Source of the DNA: an uncultured delta proteobacterium
GTDB lineage: Bacteria; Desulfobacterota; Desulfomonilia; UBA1062
DNA: 64,000 nucleotides
NCBI GenBank assembly: GCA_963785235.1
Contig: CAWAUM010000001.1
Coordinates: 704,001-768,000 of the forward strand
Direction of reading: 5' to 3'
Part shown: one piece after another, positions 20,142-30,079 of the stretch
How positions within the stretch are numbered: the first letter of the stretch is position 1
Layout: each line of letters starts with the position of its first letter
Program-made: the position numbers and the translations under genes
The notes under the pieces: model-generated
What the model was told of the DNA's origin: nothing
The model's database searches: none
The model's input: only the letters and a program-made list of their open reading frames with translations

Positions 20142-22061
20142 TCAGCCTCGTACCTTTTTATTGATAAAGTTTAGCAGCCCGCCTTCTCTAAGGATCTCGC
20201 TTTCGCGTTCGGAAAGGGTCAGGGTGCAGTTCAGGTGCTTGTCAGCATTTATCATGGATACCTCTATGGGTGACGATTTTGAAAGGGCAGCATGGATGTT
20301 CTTTATTGACACCGCTGTGCCCTTTTCGATCGCCCTGTATCCTTTTTCATCAACTCCTATGGGCAGGATCCCAAAGTTGATGAGGTTGGATCTGTGGATG
20401 CGCGCAAAGGATTTGGCGAACACGGCCTTTATGCCCAGGTGCATGGGGGCCAGCGCTGCATGCTCCCGGGAAGAACCCTGGCCGTAGTTGTCGCCTGCCA
20501 GTATGAAGCCGGCCTGGGAGGCCTTTGCATGTTCTGCAAAGTCCTTGTCTATACCGGAGAACACATAGCGCGAGATGGCATCGATATTGGAGCGTAGCGG
20601 CAGGATTTTGGAGCCCGCCGGCATGATGTCATCGGTGGTGATGTTGTCCTTGAGCTTCAGGACGGCTGTAAGTTTCAGGGTGTCCTCCATGGGTCCACGT
20701 TTGGGCAGGGGACGGATGTTGGGGCCCCTTCGGACTTCAATGTTTGCGGATTTTTTCACAGGCCTTATGATCATGGAGTCATCAATATGGAAAGACTCGG
20801 GCAGTTTTATTGCGGGGTAAGCACCCAGTTCCCTTGGGTCAATAAAGCTCCCGGTAAGGGCGCATGCCACTGCCACCTCGGGGGATGCAAGATAGACCTC
20901 GGCGTCTTCAGTACCGGAGCGGCCTTTGAAGTTGCGGTTGAATGTGCGCACTGACACGGCGCCGGAGGAAGGCGCCTGACCCATGCCGATGCACGGACCG
21001 CAAGCCGTCTCCAGTATCCTAGCGCCCGAGGCGATAATATCTGTAAACCCCCCGTTTGACGCAAGCATCTCCATGACCTGGCGGGAGCCCGGGGCAATGG
21101 CGAGGCTCACGTCCGGGTGGAGCTTTTTGCCTTTGAGGACGGCAGCCACCATCATAAGGTCTTTCAGCGACGAGTTTGTGCATGACCCGATAAGCACCTG
21201 GTCCACCTTAATGCCGGCGAGCTGGCGTATTGTCCTAATGTTGTCAGGGCTGTGCGGGCAAGAGGCAAGGGGCTCGATTGTTGAAAGGTCGATCTCCATG
21301 GTCTCGTCATAGGCTGCCCCTTCATCGGCGCAGAGTTCTATCCAGGCCTCCTCGCGGTCCTGGGCCTTCAGGAAGGCACGCGTCACCTCGTCGCTGGGGA
21401 AGATGGAGGAAGTGGCCCCCAGCTCTGCCCCCATGTTGGTTATGGTGGCGCGCTCCGGGACGCTCAATGTCTTCACGCCGGGTCCGTAGTACTCGAATAT
21501 CCTACCCAGGCCTCCCTTGACCGTGAGCCGGCGCAGGACCTCCAGGATGATGTCCTTGGCGCTTACCCAGGGTTTAAGGCTTGCACTCAAATGGACACCT
21601 ACCACCTTGGGCGTTGGGATGTTAAAGGGCATGCCTGCCATGGCCGCAGCAACGTCCAGCCCGCCTGCACCGATGGCCAGCATCCCCATTCCGCCTCCCG
21701 TGGGTGTATGGCTGTCAGAGCCCAGCAGGGTCTTGCCGGGAACGCTGAAGCGTTCAAGGTGCACCTGGTGGCAGATGCCGTTGCCCGGTCTGGAAAAGTA
21801 TATACCGTACTTGTTGGCCACATCCTGGAGAAAGCGGTGGTCATCGGCATTTTCAAATCCGGTCTGGAGGGTATTATGGTCCACATAGCTAACGGAGAGC
21901 TCTGTCTTGACACGGTCAAGCCCGATGGCCTCGAACTCGAGATATGCCATGGTTCCCGTAGCGTCCTGAGTCAGAGTCTGGTCGATCTTCAGGGTATATT
22001 CCGTATCCGTGGCCTCCATAAGGTGGCTTTCAATAATCTTGGCGGTAAGGGTCTGGGCCAT
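20142..22061 (-). CDS. Aconitate hydratase (short Aquifex/Clostridium type)
   Basis: QDATG, DHN, GICHQ, GSDSHT, IGSCTN, ACGPCIG, RNFKGR, GSSRE. Confidence 0.92.
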   Translation of the reverse strand: MAQTLTAKIIESHLMEATDTEYTLKIDQTLTQDATGTMAYLEFEAIGLDRVKTELSVSYVDHNTLQTGFENADDHRFLQDVANKYGIYFSRPGNGICHQVHLERFSVPGKTLLGSDSHTPTGGGMGMLAIGAGGLDVAAAMAGMPFNIPTPKVVGVHLSASLKPWVSAKDIILEVLRRLTVKGGLGRIFEYYGPGVKTLSVPERATITNMGAELGATSSIFPSDEVTRAFLKAQDREEAWIELCADEGAAYDETMEIDLSTIEPLASCPHSPDNIRTIRQLAGIKVDQVLIGSCTNSSLKDLMMVAAVLKGKKLHPDVSLAIAPGSRQVMEMLASNGGFTDIIASGARILETACGPCIGMGQAPSSGAVSVRTFNRNFKGRSGTEDAEVYLASPEVAVACALTGSFIDPRELGAYPAIKLPESFHIDDSMIIRPVKKSANIEVRRGPNIRPLPKRGPMEDTLKLTAVLKLKDNITTDDIMPAGSKILPLRSNIDAISRYVFSGIDKDFAEHAKASQAGFILAGDNYGQGSSREHAALAPMHLGIKAVFAKSFARIHRSNLINFGILPIGVDEKGYRAIEKGTAVSIKNIHAALSKSSPIEVSMINADKHLNCTLTLSERESEILREGGLLNFINKKVRG

Positions 22062-22229
22062 GGTATCTCCTTAAAAATGTCCATTCATCTCTAATGGAAG
22101 AGGGGCTCCTCGTCAAGGATGTTGGTTTTAGGATTTATTTTAACCCGGATATAGAAATTGGATGTATCCATAATTTTTTCATGCATCTCTGTTGGCCTTA
22201 AGCATAGTAATCATAGTGATCATGGAATT

Positions 22230-22368
22230 GTTTTAAATAAGTTCGTTAAAATCCTTCATCTTGAAGCCTTTATGGAATGTTCATCTTCCCGGTTCGGGAG
22301 GCTGCAAGATGAAGGATCTTAACGGAACAAGTTTTTACTCTTCAAAACGTAAAATTTGGGATTAAGGA
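22230..22368. repeat. Dispersed palindromic element, copy 3 (core hairpin 22242-22326)
   Basis: 28-bp arms TTCGTTAAAATCCTTCATCTTGAAGCCT / AGGCTGCAAGATGAAGGATCTTAACGGA (2 mismatches, 1 wobble); loop TATGGAATGTTCATCTTCCCGGTTCGGG; tail CAAGTTTTTACTCTTC..AAACGTAAAATTTG. Confidence 0.88.
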
Positions 22369-22407
22369 TGCAGGGGGCGAGCCTTGTGCCCACCCTTTTT
22401 CATAATC

Positions 22408-23442
22408 CTAGAATATTCTCCCCAGTGCAAACGACAGCAGATATGCCAGGCCACCGGAGGCAGGGATGGTAAAGAGCCAGGTTAGCAGCAGATCCTTGGC
22501 AAGCCCCCAACGGACAATGCCCAGGCGCTGCGCCGCCCCTCCTCCTACAATACCCGAGGAGGCGATATGCGTGGTGCTCACGGGAAACCCGAAAAGTGAG
22601 CAGATGAACACGACAATGGCAGTGGACAGCATGGCCCCGAAGCCATGGACCGGTCTTATCTTGAAGAGCTTCATGCCCATGGTCTTTATGATCCGTTTTC
22701 CACCTGTGAGCATGCCCAGCGACAAGGCCAGCGAGCATGCAAGGATGACCCAGTCGGGGACCATGAAGGTCCCGCCGGGGCCAGGGGTATAAAAATGTGC
22801 CATGGTTACAGGGTCGTATCGGAACAGGATAAGCAAGCTCAGGGTAATGAGCCCCATGGCCTTCTGTGCGTCATTCGTCCCATGGGAGATGGCGAGCATG
22901 GCTGCGGAAAAGATCTGGAGTCTTTTGAGAATGAGCGTTGCCGCCACCGGTTGGACATGCCGGAAGAGGCGGAAGTTCATCTTGGTGAGATGGAATGCGC
23001 TTATGAAGCCAAGGAGTGGAGAAATCAGGATCACCCCGAATATGAGCAGGACGCTCTTCCATTGAATGGAATTCACCCCTGAAATCTGTAGTGCCGCCCC
23101 CATGAGCCCTCCGATAATGGCATGGGAAGAGGACGAAGGGAGTCCGATGACCCAGGTGAGGATATTCCAGAGCGTGGCGGCCGTAATGGCTGCAATGATA
23201 CCCCTGATGGTCATGGAGTCGATGCCGACGATACCCTGCCCAATGGTTTTTGCAACAGCGGTGCCAAAGATGAGAGATCCTAGGAATACGAGCAGGGCAG
23301 TCATGATGAGTGCCCTTTGCATGCTCATGGCCCTGGATGAAACAATGGTGCTCACAATGTTGGATGCATCGTGAAATCCGTTACTGAAGTTGAAGAACAA
23401 CCCCAGCACTATGGTTAAATATGCCACTTCCAGGATGCCCAT
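22408..23442 (-). CDS. Inorganic phosphate transporter (PiT family)
   Basis: NGFHDASN, PSSSSHA, HGTNDAQK, PVSTTH motifs. Confidence 0.92.
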   Translation of the reverse strand: MGILEVAYLTIVLGLFFNFSNGFHDASNIVSTIVSSRAMSMQRALIMTALLVFLGSLIFGTAVAKTIGQGIVGIDSMTIRGIIAAITAATLWNILTWVIGLPSSSSHAIIGGLMGAALQISGVNSIQWKSVLLIFGVILISPLLGFISAFHLTKMNFRLFRHVQPVAATLILKRLQIFSAAMLAISHGTNDAQKAMGLITLSLLILFRYDPVTMAHFYTPGPGGTFMVPDWVILACSLALSLGMLTGGKRIIKTMGMKLFKIRPVHGFGAMLSTAIVVFICSLFGFPVSTTHIASSGIVGGGAAQRLGIVRWGLAKDLLLTWLFTIPASGGLAYLLSFALGRIF

Positions 23443-23592
23443 GCAGGCATGATACCTGAAAATGAAATCATAAGGCTACCCCTTAAGGGCAACAATCTTT
23501 GCAAGGTCCGGTGAGGTTAAGGAAAAAAAGGGCTCTGACCGATAACATGATCCTGATGGATAGGTGTGACCTGAACACGATCGGGAGGTTGC

Positions 23593-25140
23593 GTGGCCGA
23601 TAAACAGATGATGGGCGAAGTCCTGGTGGAGCTTGGACTTATCGATGAACACAGGCTCAGGCATGCCCTGGAAGTTTCCAAGAAAGAACGGCTAAAGCTC
23701 GGTGAGATGCTCATCCGCCTGGGGTATCTCAGTGAAGACCAGGTCCTGGATATCCTCAGGAATTTAACCGGGGTTGTGACCTTGAACATGAGGGCATGGA
23801 CCATTAAAAAACATGCCCAGGTCATGCTGCCGCCTGAGCGCATGAGGGAAATGAAGGCCATCCCCCTGGATGCAAATAACAAGAGGGCGGCTGTAGCCTT
23901 TGCCGATCCTTTTAACTATAAGGTGGTTGAGAACATCAAATTTCTCATCAACAAGAGCGTAACCCCTGTGTTCGCCTCCCTTGCTCAGATCAATGACATA
24001 CTGGCTCATCTCGATAATGTAGGGTACGGCATAAGGAACCTGCCTCTGAATGAAGTGAAGCGAAGCATTATGAACCTTGTCGCCCTGGATATGGATGCCA
24101 CTGCAGTGCTGAAACTTCTGGAAGAGCCTGGGTGCACGGGTCTCCATATCTCCATTGGGACAACACCGGCGATCCGGTTGGGTGGGCGTTTCAGGCGATG
24201 CAACCTCCCCATCATAACTGAAATCATTATGGATAAGATCCTTAAGGAAATGTTGTCTGAACAGGATTTTGAGATCCTTAAGGAAAAGAAAGAGGTCGAG
24301 TGTACGTATATCAAGTCCGGGCATGGAAGATACCGTCTTAACATCTATCTCCAGAAAGGTGGTGAGATAACTATCGCTGCAAAAAAGCTTGTAGAGGTGA
24401 TCCCTTCCGTTACTTCACTGGGGTTGCCTGGAATGCTCACCTCCCTGCTTGACAGGCGTGGGCTCCTGCTCGTTAGCAGTGCCAGGGGGCAGGGTAAGGA
24501 TACGACAATAGCCGCATTGATCAACCATATAAACAACACGCAAAGCTGCAACATAATCACCTTCGAAGATCCTATCGATTATATTCATCACCACAGACGC
24601 TCCAATGTGAATCAGCGTGAGATAGGCCATGATACCGACAAGGACCTGTCCGAGGTCTTTGATAAGGTCATCAAGCTGGACCCCGATGTCCTGGTGATAA
24701 CAAATCTCAAGGATATGTTCATGATGGACACTGCCGTGCGTGCCGCACACAAGGGCATCCTTGTGATTGCGGGCATGAATGCCCTGGATGTCTTCAGTTC
24801 CATAGAACAGTTCATGTCTTCGCTGTCGAGCGATTACATGAGGGGACTCTTCTCCCGTTCCATTCTGGGTGCTTACTCGCAGCGGCTGATATGGTCGAAA
24901 AATCATAGAAAGATGGTATCAGCCTGGGAAGGACTGCTTGCCACACCAAGGATCCAGAAATATATAAGAGATGAAAAGGTGTATTATATAAAAGGACAGG
25001 GGGCTTCCTTGCGGGGAGAGTATTTCCCCATTGAAGAGAGTATCGCTGAAGCTATAAAGGCAAACCGCATCGATTATGAATCAGTGATCACTGAAACTTG
25101 GGTTAACCCGGACACCTTAAAGGCTCTCTTGGAGCGGTGA
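23593..25140 (+). CDS. MshEN-domain / PilT-PilU-like ATPase fusion with degenerate catalytic motifs
   Basis: Reads on the + strand (GTG GCC GAT AAA CAG at 23593, SD GGAGG upstream); ORF-track strand label is wrong. MGEVLVELGLI...KLGEMLIRLGYL; GRYRLNIY, ITFEDPID, VNQREIG. Confidence 0.85.
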   Translation: MADKQMMGEVLVELGLIDEHRLRHALEVSKKERLKLGEMLIRLGYLSEDQVLDILRNLTGVVTLNMRAWTIKKHAQVMLPPERMREMKAIPLDANNKRAAVAFADPFNYKVVENIKFLINKSVTPVFASLAQINDILAHLDNVGYGIRNLPLNEVKRSIMNLVALDMDATAVLKLLEEPGCTGLHISIGTTPAIRLGGRFRRCNLPIITEIIMDKILKEMLSEQDFEILKEKKEVECTYIKSGHGRYRLNIYLQKGGEITIAAKKLVEVIPSVTSLGLPGMLTSLLDRRGLLLVSSARGQGKDTTIAALINHINNTQSCNIITFEDPIDYIHHHRRSNVNQREIGHDTDKDLSEVFDKVIKLDPDVLVITNLKDMFMMDTAVRAAHKGILVIAGMNALDVFSSIEQFMSSLSSDYMRGLFSRSILGAYSQRLIWSKNHRKMVSAWEGLLATPRIQKYIRDEKVYYIKGQGASLRGEYFPIEESIAEAIKANRIDYESVITETWVNPDTLKALLER

Positions 25141-25291
25141 TACAAACGAAAACGCACCTCGTTTTTTCATGAACGAGGAGTCATTCAGTTCAACTTTTTG
25201 CTTGCATAGACACTCCCAATAGTGTATTAAATGAACCATGATTCAGAATAATTCTCTGAATTCATGAATAAAAAACTCTAAGGAGTGTGCG

Positions 25292-25660
25292 ATGAGCAGA
25301 TTAATGACCTTTGTATTTGTTGCAATGATGACCTTAGTTGTATCCAGTATGGCTTTTGCTGCGGACGCAGCACAGGCACAGCCGGTTTTTGTTGATTGGG
25401 CCAAGGTTATCTTTGTGGCTGCATCCATCATTGCCGCAGGTCTTTGCATGGGTATCGGTGCTACAGGAGCCGGTTCAGGAATGGGTGCCGCATTGGCAGG
25501 AGCAACCGAGGCAGTTGGTCGCAACCCTGATGCACAGGGCAAGATCATGCTCACCCTCATGGTCGGTCTTGCTATGATTGAATCCATTGCAATCTACGCA
25601 CTGGTTATTTCGCTCATCATCCTGTACGCCAATCCGTTCAAAGCAGTCATTCTCGGATAG
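25292..25660 (+). CDS. atpE: F0F1 ATP synthase subunit c (standalone)
   Basis: GxGxGxG helix, RNP loop, AMIESIAIY; N-terminal leader extension; SD AAGGAG; upstream TTGCAT-N17-TATTAA. Confidence 0.93.
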   Translation: MSRLMTFVFVAMMTLVVSSMAFAADAAQAQPVFVDWAKVIFVAASIIAAGLCMGIGATGAGSGMGAALAGATEAVGRNPDAQGKIMLTLMVGLAMIESIAIYALVISLIILYANPFKAVILG

Positions 25661-25847
25661 CTTGTGAAAGGTTGAACCCTTTGGAAGAATCCAGGCAATC
25701 GGAATCGGCCCATTCTTTTTTCAGCATATTGTGGGTTGACCATGCCTGGTATGCAGGGGGCGGGCGGAATTCGTTTTGTGAACCGTGAGGTTGCAGTGTT
25801 ATCGAGACGCTTTTTTTAAGTTCGCATAACACGATCAGGAGATTGAT

Positions 25848-27143
25848 ATGGAACAGGGAGCAAAAAAGAATTTCAGTTTTGCCAGTATTGCAATTAGTTT
25901 CTTTATTCTCATTGTGCTTCCCCTTACCATAACCGGCGTTATCATCAGCAAGGGAGTTATTAAGGTAGGGGAGGAGGCAACGCAGGCAAACTTGCGAATT
26001 CTCGATGATAATCAGAAGCTATCCATTGCGGGTAGGGCTCAGAATGTGGGTGATGCGGTAGCTCAGTTTCTCACAGATCGGGAGAAGGATATAAGGATAG
26101 CAACTATCCTTCCGAGAGACGATCAGTCATATAACACATTTCTGAAATCCAATACCAGGGGTGTTATCCAGTCCTCGAATGTGGGCATTGTGAAGATCCC
26201 CGTGCCTGTCTATAAAGAGATCGCCTTCCTTGATAAGACCGGAAAAGAGATTTTGAAGGTCACCGCCCAAGGTGTGGTGCCTAAAGACAAGCTAAAGGAT
26301 ATGTCTGATCCGGCCAATGGCGATTTTGGTGCTGAAGATTATTTTCAGAAGGCGAAGCAACTGTCCCCAGGTGATATATACATGGGCAATGTTGTTGGTT
26401 ACCACGTGACGAAGCAGGAGTTTGAGGCAGGAAAACAGTTCAATGGAATCATCCGTATAGCAGCGCCGGTCTTTGATTCCACCGGTTTTGCAGGGGTGGT
26501 GGAACTTGCCTTGGACTTCAGCCATATCATGGAGTTCACAGGACATATTGTGCCCACAGAGCCGGGTATGGTCTTTTCCAAGGTGAACCCTGATGATGTT
26601 AACTATACCTTCCTTATAGGCCGGGACGGCTCAACCCTTGCTCATCCGGCGCAATACCTTATCGGCGGCCTTGGGGCTGACAATAAGGCCGTGCCCACGA
26701 TGGATGACAAGAGTTATAATGAGTTGATCAAGACCGGTTCAGGCGGCATGAATGTACTGAATATGGGTTTTTTGGATGAGAATCTCCCCAAGATTCATGC
26801 ACTGGCTGTCTCCGGGAAGTCCGGATCATTCACCTATACTGTGGATAATAAAAGGGTCTTCATCTCCTATGCGCACATCCCTTATTACGGCTCTATCTAC
26901 AGCAAGCCAGAAGGGTTCGGCTGGGTCGGCATGATGGTCGATATTGACAAGTATCACAAGCTGAGCGAGGAAAAGGTTAAGGATATTCAGCTCAAGGTTG
27001 AACGGTGGCAGAAATCGAGCATTGTTGTGGTGTTCGTATCGCTCATCCTCCTATTCATCATTGCATTGATCCTTGCACGAGGTCTGTACAGGTCAATCCA
27101 GAAGCGTGACGGCGCCATAGCGCACCTTGATGATGAGGACTAG
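25848..27143 (+). CDS. Two-TM membrane protein with a large periplasmic Cache-like domain and no cytoplasmic output domain
   Basis: TM1 near aa 10-33; YKEIAFLDKTGKE, DYFQKA, AAPVFD..FAGVV, YTFLIGRDG..LAHP; TM2 then a short acidic tail. Confidence 0.75.
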   Translation: MEQGAKKNFSFASIAISFFILIVLPLTITGVIISKGVIKVGEEATQANLRILDDNQKLSIAGRAQNVGDAVAQFLTDREKDIRIATILPRDDQSYNTFLKSNTRGVIQSSNVGIVKIPVPVYKEIAFLDKTGKEILKVTAQGVVPKDKLKDMSDPANGDFGAEDYFQKAKQLSPGDIYMGNVVGYHVTKQEFEAGKQFNGIIRIAAPVFDSTGFAGVVELALDFSHIMEFTGHIVPTEPGMVFSKVNPDDVNYTFLIGRDGSTLAHPAQYLIGGLGADNKAVPTMDDKSYNELIKTGSGGMNVLNMGFLDENLPKIHALAVSGKSGSFTYTVDNKRVFISYAHIPYYGSIYSKPEGFGWVGMMVDIDKYHKLSEEKVKDIQLKVERWQKSSIVVVFVSLILLFIIALILARGLYRSIQKRDGAIAHLDDED

Positions 27144-27177
27144 GCGCATACACCTATAAAATAGGAGCAAACAGACA

Positions 27178-27229
27178 AGTTGCAGGAGGCGATGCTGGGG
27201 CACCATCATCAGTCTCCTGCAACTTTTTT
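27178..27229 (+). terminator. Intrinsic terminator
   Basis: AGTTGCAGGAG...CTCCTGCAACT followed by a T run. Confidence 0.7.
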
Positions 27230-27285
27230 ATTAGAGAATGAACGAAAAAAGGCTAGCTCAAAGAGTTAGGGATAATGGAGGGAGT

Positions 27286-28137
27286 ATGTCAGCCAAGATT
27301 CTTGAGAAACAGCAGTTATCCGAAAACGTGTTTAAGATGGTGCTCGATGGCCCGAAGATAGCCAAGAGACGTAAGGCCGGACAGTTCGTGGTTATAAGGA
27401 TCCACGAAGAGGGCGAAAGGGTCCCCCTGACCATTGCCGATGCCGACCCGGTAAAGGGGACCGTTACGATCATCTTCCAGGTGGTCGGGAAGTCTACGGG
27501 GATTCTTGCGGACATGAATGTCGGCGATATGCTGATGGATCTCGTAGGTCCGCTCGGTAAGCCCACCCATATTGAGAAGGTGGGAACCATTGCCTGTATC
27601 GGCGGCGGTGTTGGGATCGCACCTGTTTTTCCTATCACCCAGGCCTTGAAGAACGCGGGCAACCACATCATTTCCATCATCGGGGCTCGCACCAAGGACC
27701 TCATCATTATGGAAGAGGACATGAAGGCTGTATCTGATGAGTTCATTGTGGCAACAGATGACGGCACATACGGCTATAAGGGTTTTGTAAGCCAGGCCCT
27801 GGAGAATAAATACCTCCTGCCGGGTAAGAAGATCGATATGGTTGTAGCCATCGGCCCGGTGCCCATGATGAGGGCGGTCTGTGACACCACAAAAAAATAT
27901 AACGTGAAGACGGTCGTATCATTGAATTCCATTATGGTCGATGCAACAGGCATGTGCGGCGCGTGCCGGGTAAGTGTCGGCGGCAAGACGCAGTTCGTAT
28001 GCGTGGACGGGCCCGAGTTTGACGGCCATCAGGTTGACTTCCGGGAACTCATAGACAGGCAGAGGATTTACCTCACCGAAGAGAAGGAATGCTACGACCA
28101 CTACTGCTCATGCAAACTTGGGAAGGGAGGCAAGTAA
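27286..28137 (+). CDS. nfnA: NADH-dependent reduced ferredoxin:NADP oxidoreductase subunit A (PyrK/SudB-like)
   Basis: AGQFV..GERVPLTIAD, GPLG, GGGVGIAP, DATGMCGAC...CVDGPEF 2Fe-2S motif. Confidence 0.88.
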   Translation: MSAKILEKQQLSENVFKMVLDGPKIAKRRKAGQFVVIRIHEEGERVPLTIADADPVKGTVTIIFQVVGKSTGILADMNVGDMLMDLVGPLGKPTHIEKVGTIACIGGGVGIAPVFPITQALKNAGNHIISIIGARTKDLIIMEEDMKAVSDEFIVATDDGTYGYKGFVSQALENKYLLPGKKIDMVVAIGPVPMMRAVCDTTKKYNVKTVVSLNSIMVDATGMCGACRVSVGGKTQFVCVDGPEFDGHQVDFRELIDRQRIYLTEEKECYDHYCSCKLGKGGK

Positions 28138-28138
28138 C

Positions 28139-29545
28139 ATGGATATGAAAGACAGACTCAAGATCCCCCGTCAACCGATGCCGGAGCAGGACCCCAAGGT
28201 ACGGGCACGGAATTTCGATGAGGTCCCGCTCGGATATACCCCTGAAATGGCCAAGACAGAGGCGCTTCGGTGCATCACGTGCAAGAGCCCCGCTTGCGTC
28301 CAGGGATGCCCTGTGGAAGTCGATATCCCTGGTTTCATCGCATTGGTTATGGAAGGTGATTTTATCGGTGCAGCGAAAAAGATAAAGACAACCAACGCAC
28401 TGCCCGCTGTATGTGGAAGGGTATGTCCTCAGGAAGTGCAGTGTGAGGCCCAGTGTGTGCGCGGGAAGAAGGCTGAGCCGGTGGCCATTGGCAGGCTCGA
28501 ACGGTTTGTGGCAGACTATGAACGGGGAACAGGCGAGGTCTCCATACCTGAGAAACCAACCCCCACAGGCAAAAAGGTTGCAGTTGTCGGCTCAGGCCCT
28601 TCAGGCCTGACTGTTGCCGGTGATCTGGTTCAGCTTGGCCATGAGGTCACCATCTTTGAGGCCCTTCACAAAACAGGCGGGGTTCTGGTCTATGGCATCC
28701 CGGAGTTCAGACTCCCCAAGGCCATTGTGGCTGCTGAGGTGGATTACCTCGAGAAGCTGGGCGCGAAAATCGAAACATCGAGCGTCATCGGTAAGGTCGC
28801 CACTGTCGATGAGCTTTTTGAGGAAGGATACGATGCCGTCTATCTCGGGACCGGCGCGGGTCTGCCCACCTTTATGAATATCCCCGGCGAGAACCTCAAT
28901 GGTGTCTATTCCGCCAATGAGTACCTTACCCGGAGCAATCTCATGAAGGCATACAAGTTCCCTGAATATGACACCCCCATTGTAAAGGGTAAGAATGTGG
29001 CAGTCGTGGGTGGCGGGAATGTGGCTATGGATTCAGCACGCACGGCCATGAGACTCGGCGCAGACCATGTCTACCTCGTTTATCGCCGGTCCAGGGATGA
29101 AATGCCTGCCAGAATCGAGGAGATCCACCATGCCGAGCAGGAGGGCATAGAACTGCATCTCCTGACCAACCCAATACGTTATATAGGCAATGACAAGGGA
29201 TGGGTGGTAGGTGTAGAGTGTCTGAAGATGGAACTGGGCGAACCTGACGAATCCGGTAGGAGAAGGCCGGTACCCATGAAGGGCAGTGAGTTTGTCATTG
29301 ATATCGACACTGCCGTTATTGCCATAGGTGCAGGCGCGAACCCGCTGGTCCAGAGCACTACCCCGGGGCTTAAGACGAACAAATGGAACTACATAGTTGC
29401 TGATGAAGAGACTGGACAAACATCACGGGAAGGTGTATTTGCAGGCGGCGACATTGTTACCGGGGCTGCCACGGTCATCCTTGCAATGGGTGCCGGAAGG
29501 AAGGCAGCCAATGCAATTCATCAGTACCTGATGACGAAGAAATAA
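28139..29545 (+). CDS. nfnB: NfnB / glutamate synthase small-subunit homolog
   Basis: RCITC..PACVQGCP, CGRVCPQEVQCE, GSGPSG, YGIPEFRLP, GGGNVAMD, GGDIVTG; coupled to nfnA. Confidence 0.88.
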   Translation: MDMKDRLKIPRQPMPEQDPKVRARNFDEVPLGYTPEMAKTEALRCITCKSPACVQGCPVEVDIPGFIALVMEGDFIGAAKKIKTTNALPAVCGRVCPQEVQCEAQCVRGKKAEPVAIGRLERFVADYERGTGEVSIPEKPTPTGKKVAVVGSGPSGLTVAGDLVQLGHEVTIFEALHKTGGVLVYGIPEFRLPKAIVAAEVDYLEKLGAKIETSSVIGKVATVDELFEEGYDAVYLGTGAGLPTFMNIPGENLNGVYSANEYLTRSNLMKAYKFPEYDTPIVKGKNVAVVGGGNVAMDSARTAMRLGADHVYLVYRRSRDEMPARIEEIHHAEQEGIELHLLTNPIRYIGNDKGWVVGVECLKMELGEPDESGRRRPVPMKGSEFVIDIDTAVIAIGAGANPLVQSTTPGLKTNKWNYIVADEETGQTSREGVFAGGDIVTGAATVILAMGAGRKAANAIHQYLMTKK

Positions 29546-29569
29546 CGTTTCTGAGAGAGGAGAGGGTGT

Positions 29570-29939
29570 ATGACCCTTGCGGAGGTAAAAAAGATCCTCG
29601 ATGCTGATGTGATTGTTGGTGAGGACAGGCTGGATATGGAGGTCGGGAAGGGATTTGCCGCTGACCTCATGAGCGATGTTCTTGCTTTTGCAAAAGAAGG
29701 ATCTATGCTTCTCACCGGCCTCACGAACCCCTTGGTGGTCCGTACGGCCGATACGCTGGACCTCAAGGTCATCATCTTCGTTACGGGGAAAACGCCCGGC
29801 TCCTGATGCCATCAAACTGGCCAAGGAGAAGAACATCCCCCTGCTCGCCACCCGTTACATCCTGTTTGAATCATGTGGCAGACTCTTCGAGGCGGGCATG
29901 CGCGGATCAGTACAGAAAGTGGGAGAGTCGCAGGATTAG
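29570..29939 (+). CDS. DRTGG-domain protein; frameshift near 29785
   Basis: ADLMSDVLA..LLTGLTN.VVRTA, then RGKRP..LLAT..FESCGRL in the next frame. Confidence 0.8.
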
Positions 29940-30030
29940 GCGCCTCTCCCACTATGTTTTTCTCGACGTTTTTTTCTTAAGTAATTAACTCTACGACTCC
30001 TGAGGTTTCTGCAGGTTACTCTTTACAATT

Positions 30031-30058
30031 TCAAGTATAAGTGGATATATGTCGATAA
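30031..30058 (+). promoter_or_regulatory. Putative sigma28 (FliA) promoter
   Basis: TCAAG-N15-GTCGATAA, close to consensus TAAA-N15-GCCGATAA, upstream of flagellum-related genes. Confidence 0.5.
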
Positions 30059-30079
30059 AGGTTATGAGAGGGAAAGGCA

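Noticed and set aside
23593-25140. ORF track lists the 515-aa ORF on the minus strand
   Set aside because: The + strand reads GTG GCC GAT AAA CAG ATG ATG GGC... and ends CGG TGA at 25140, so the gene is on +.
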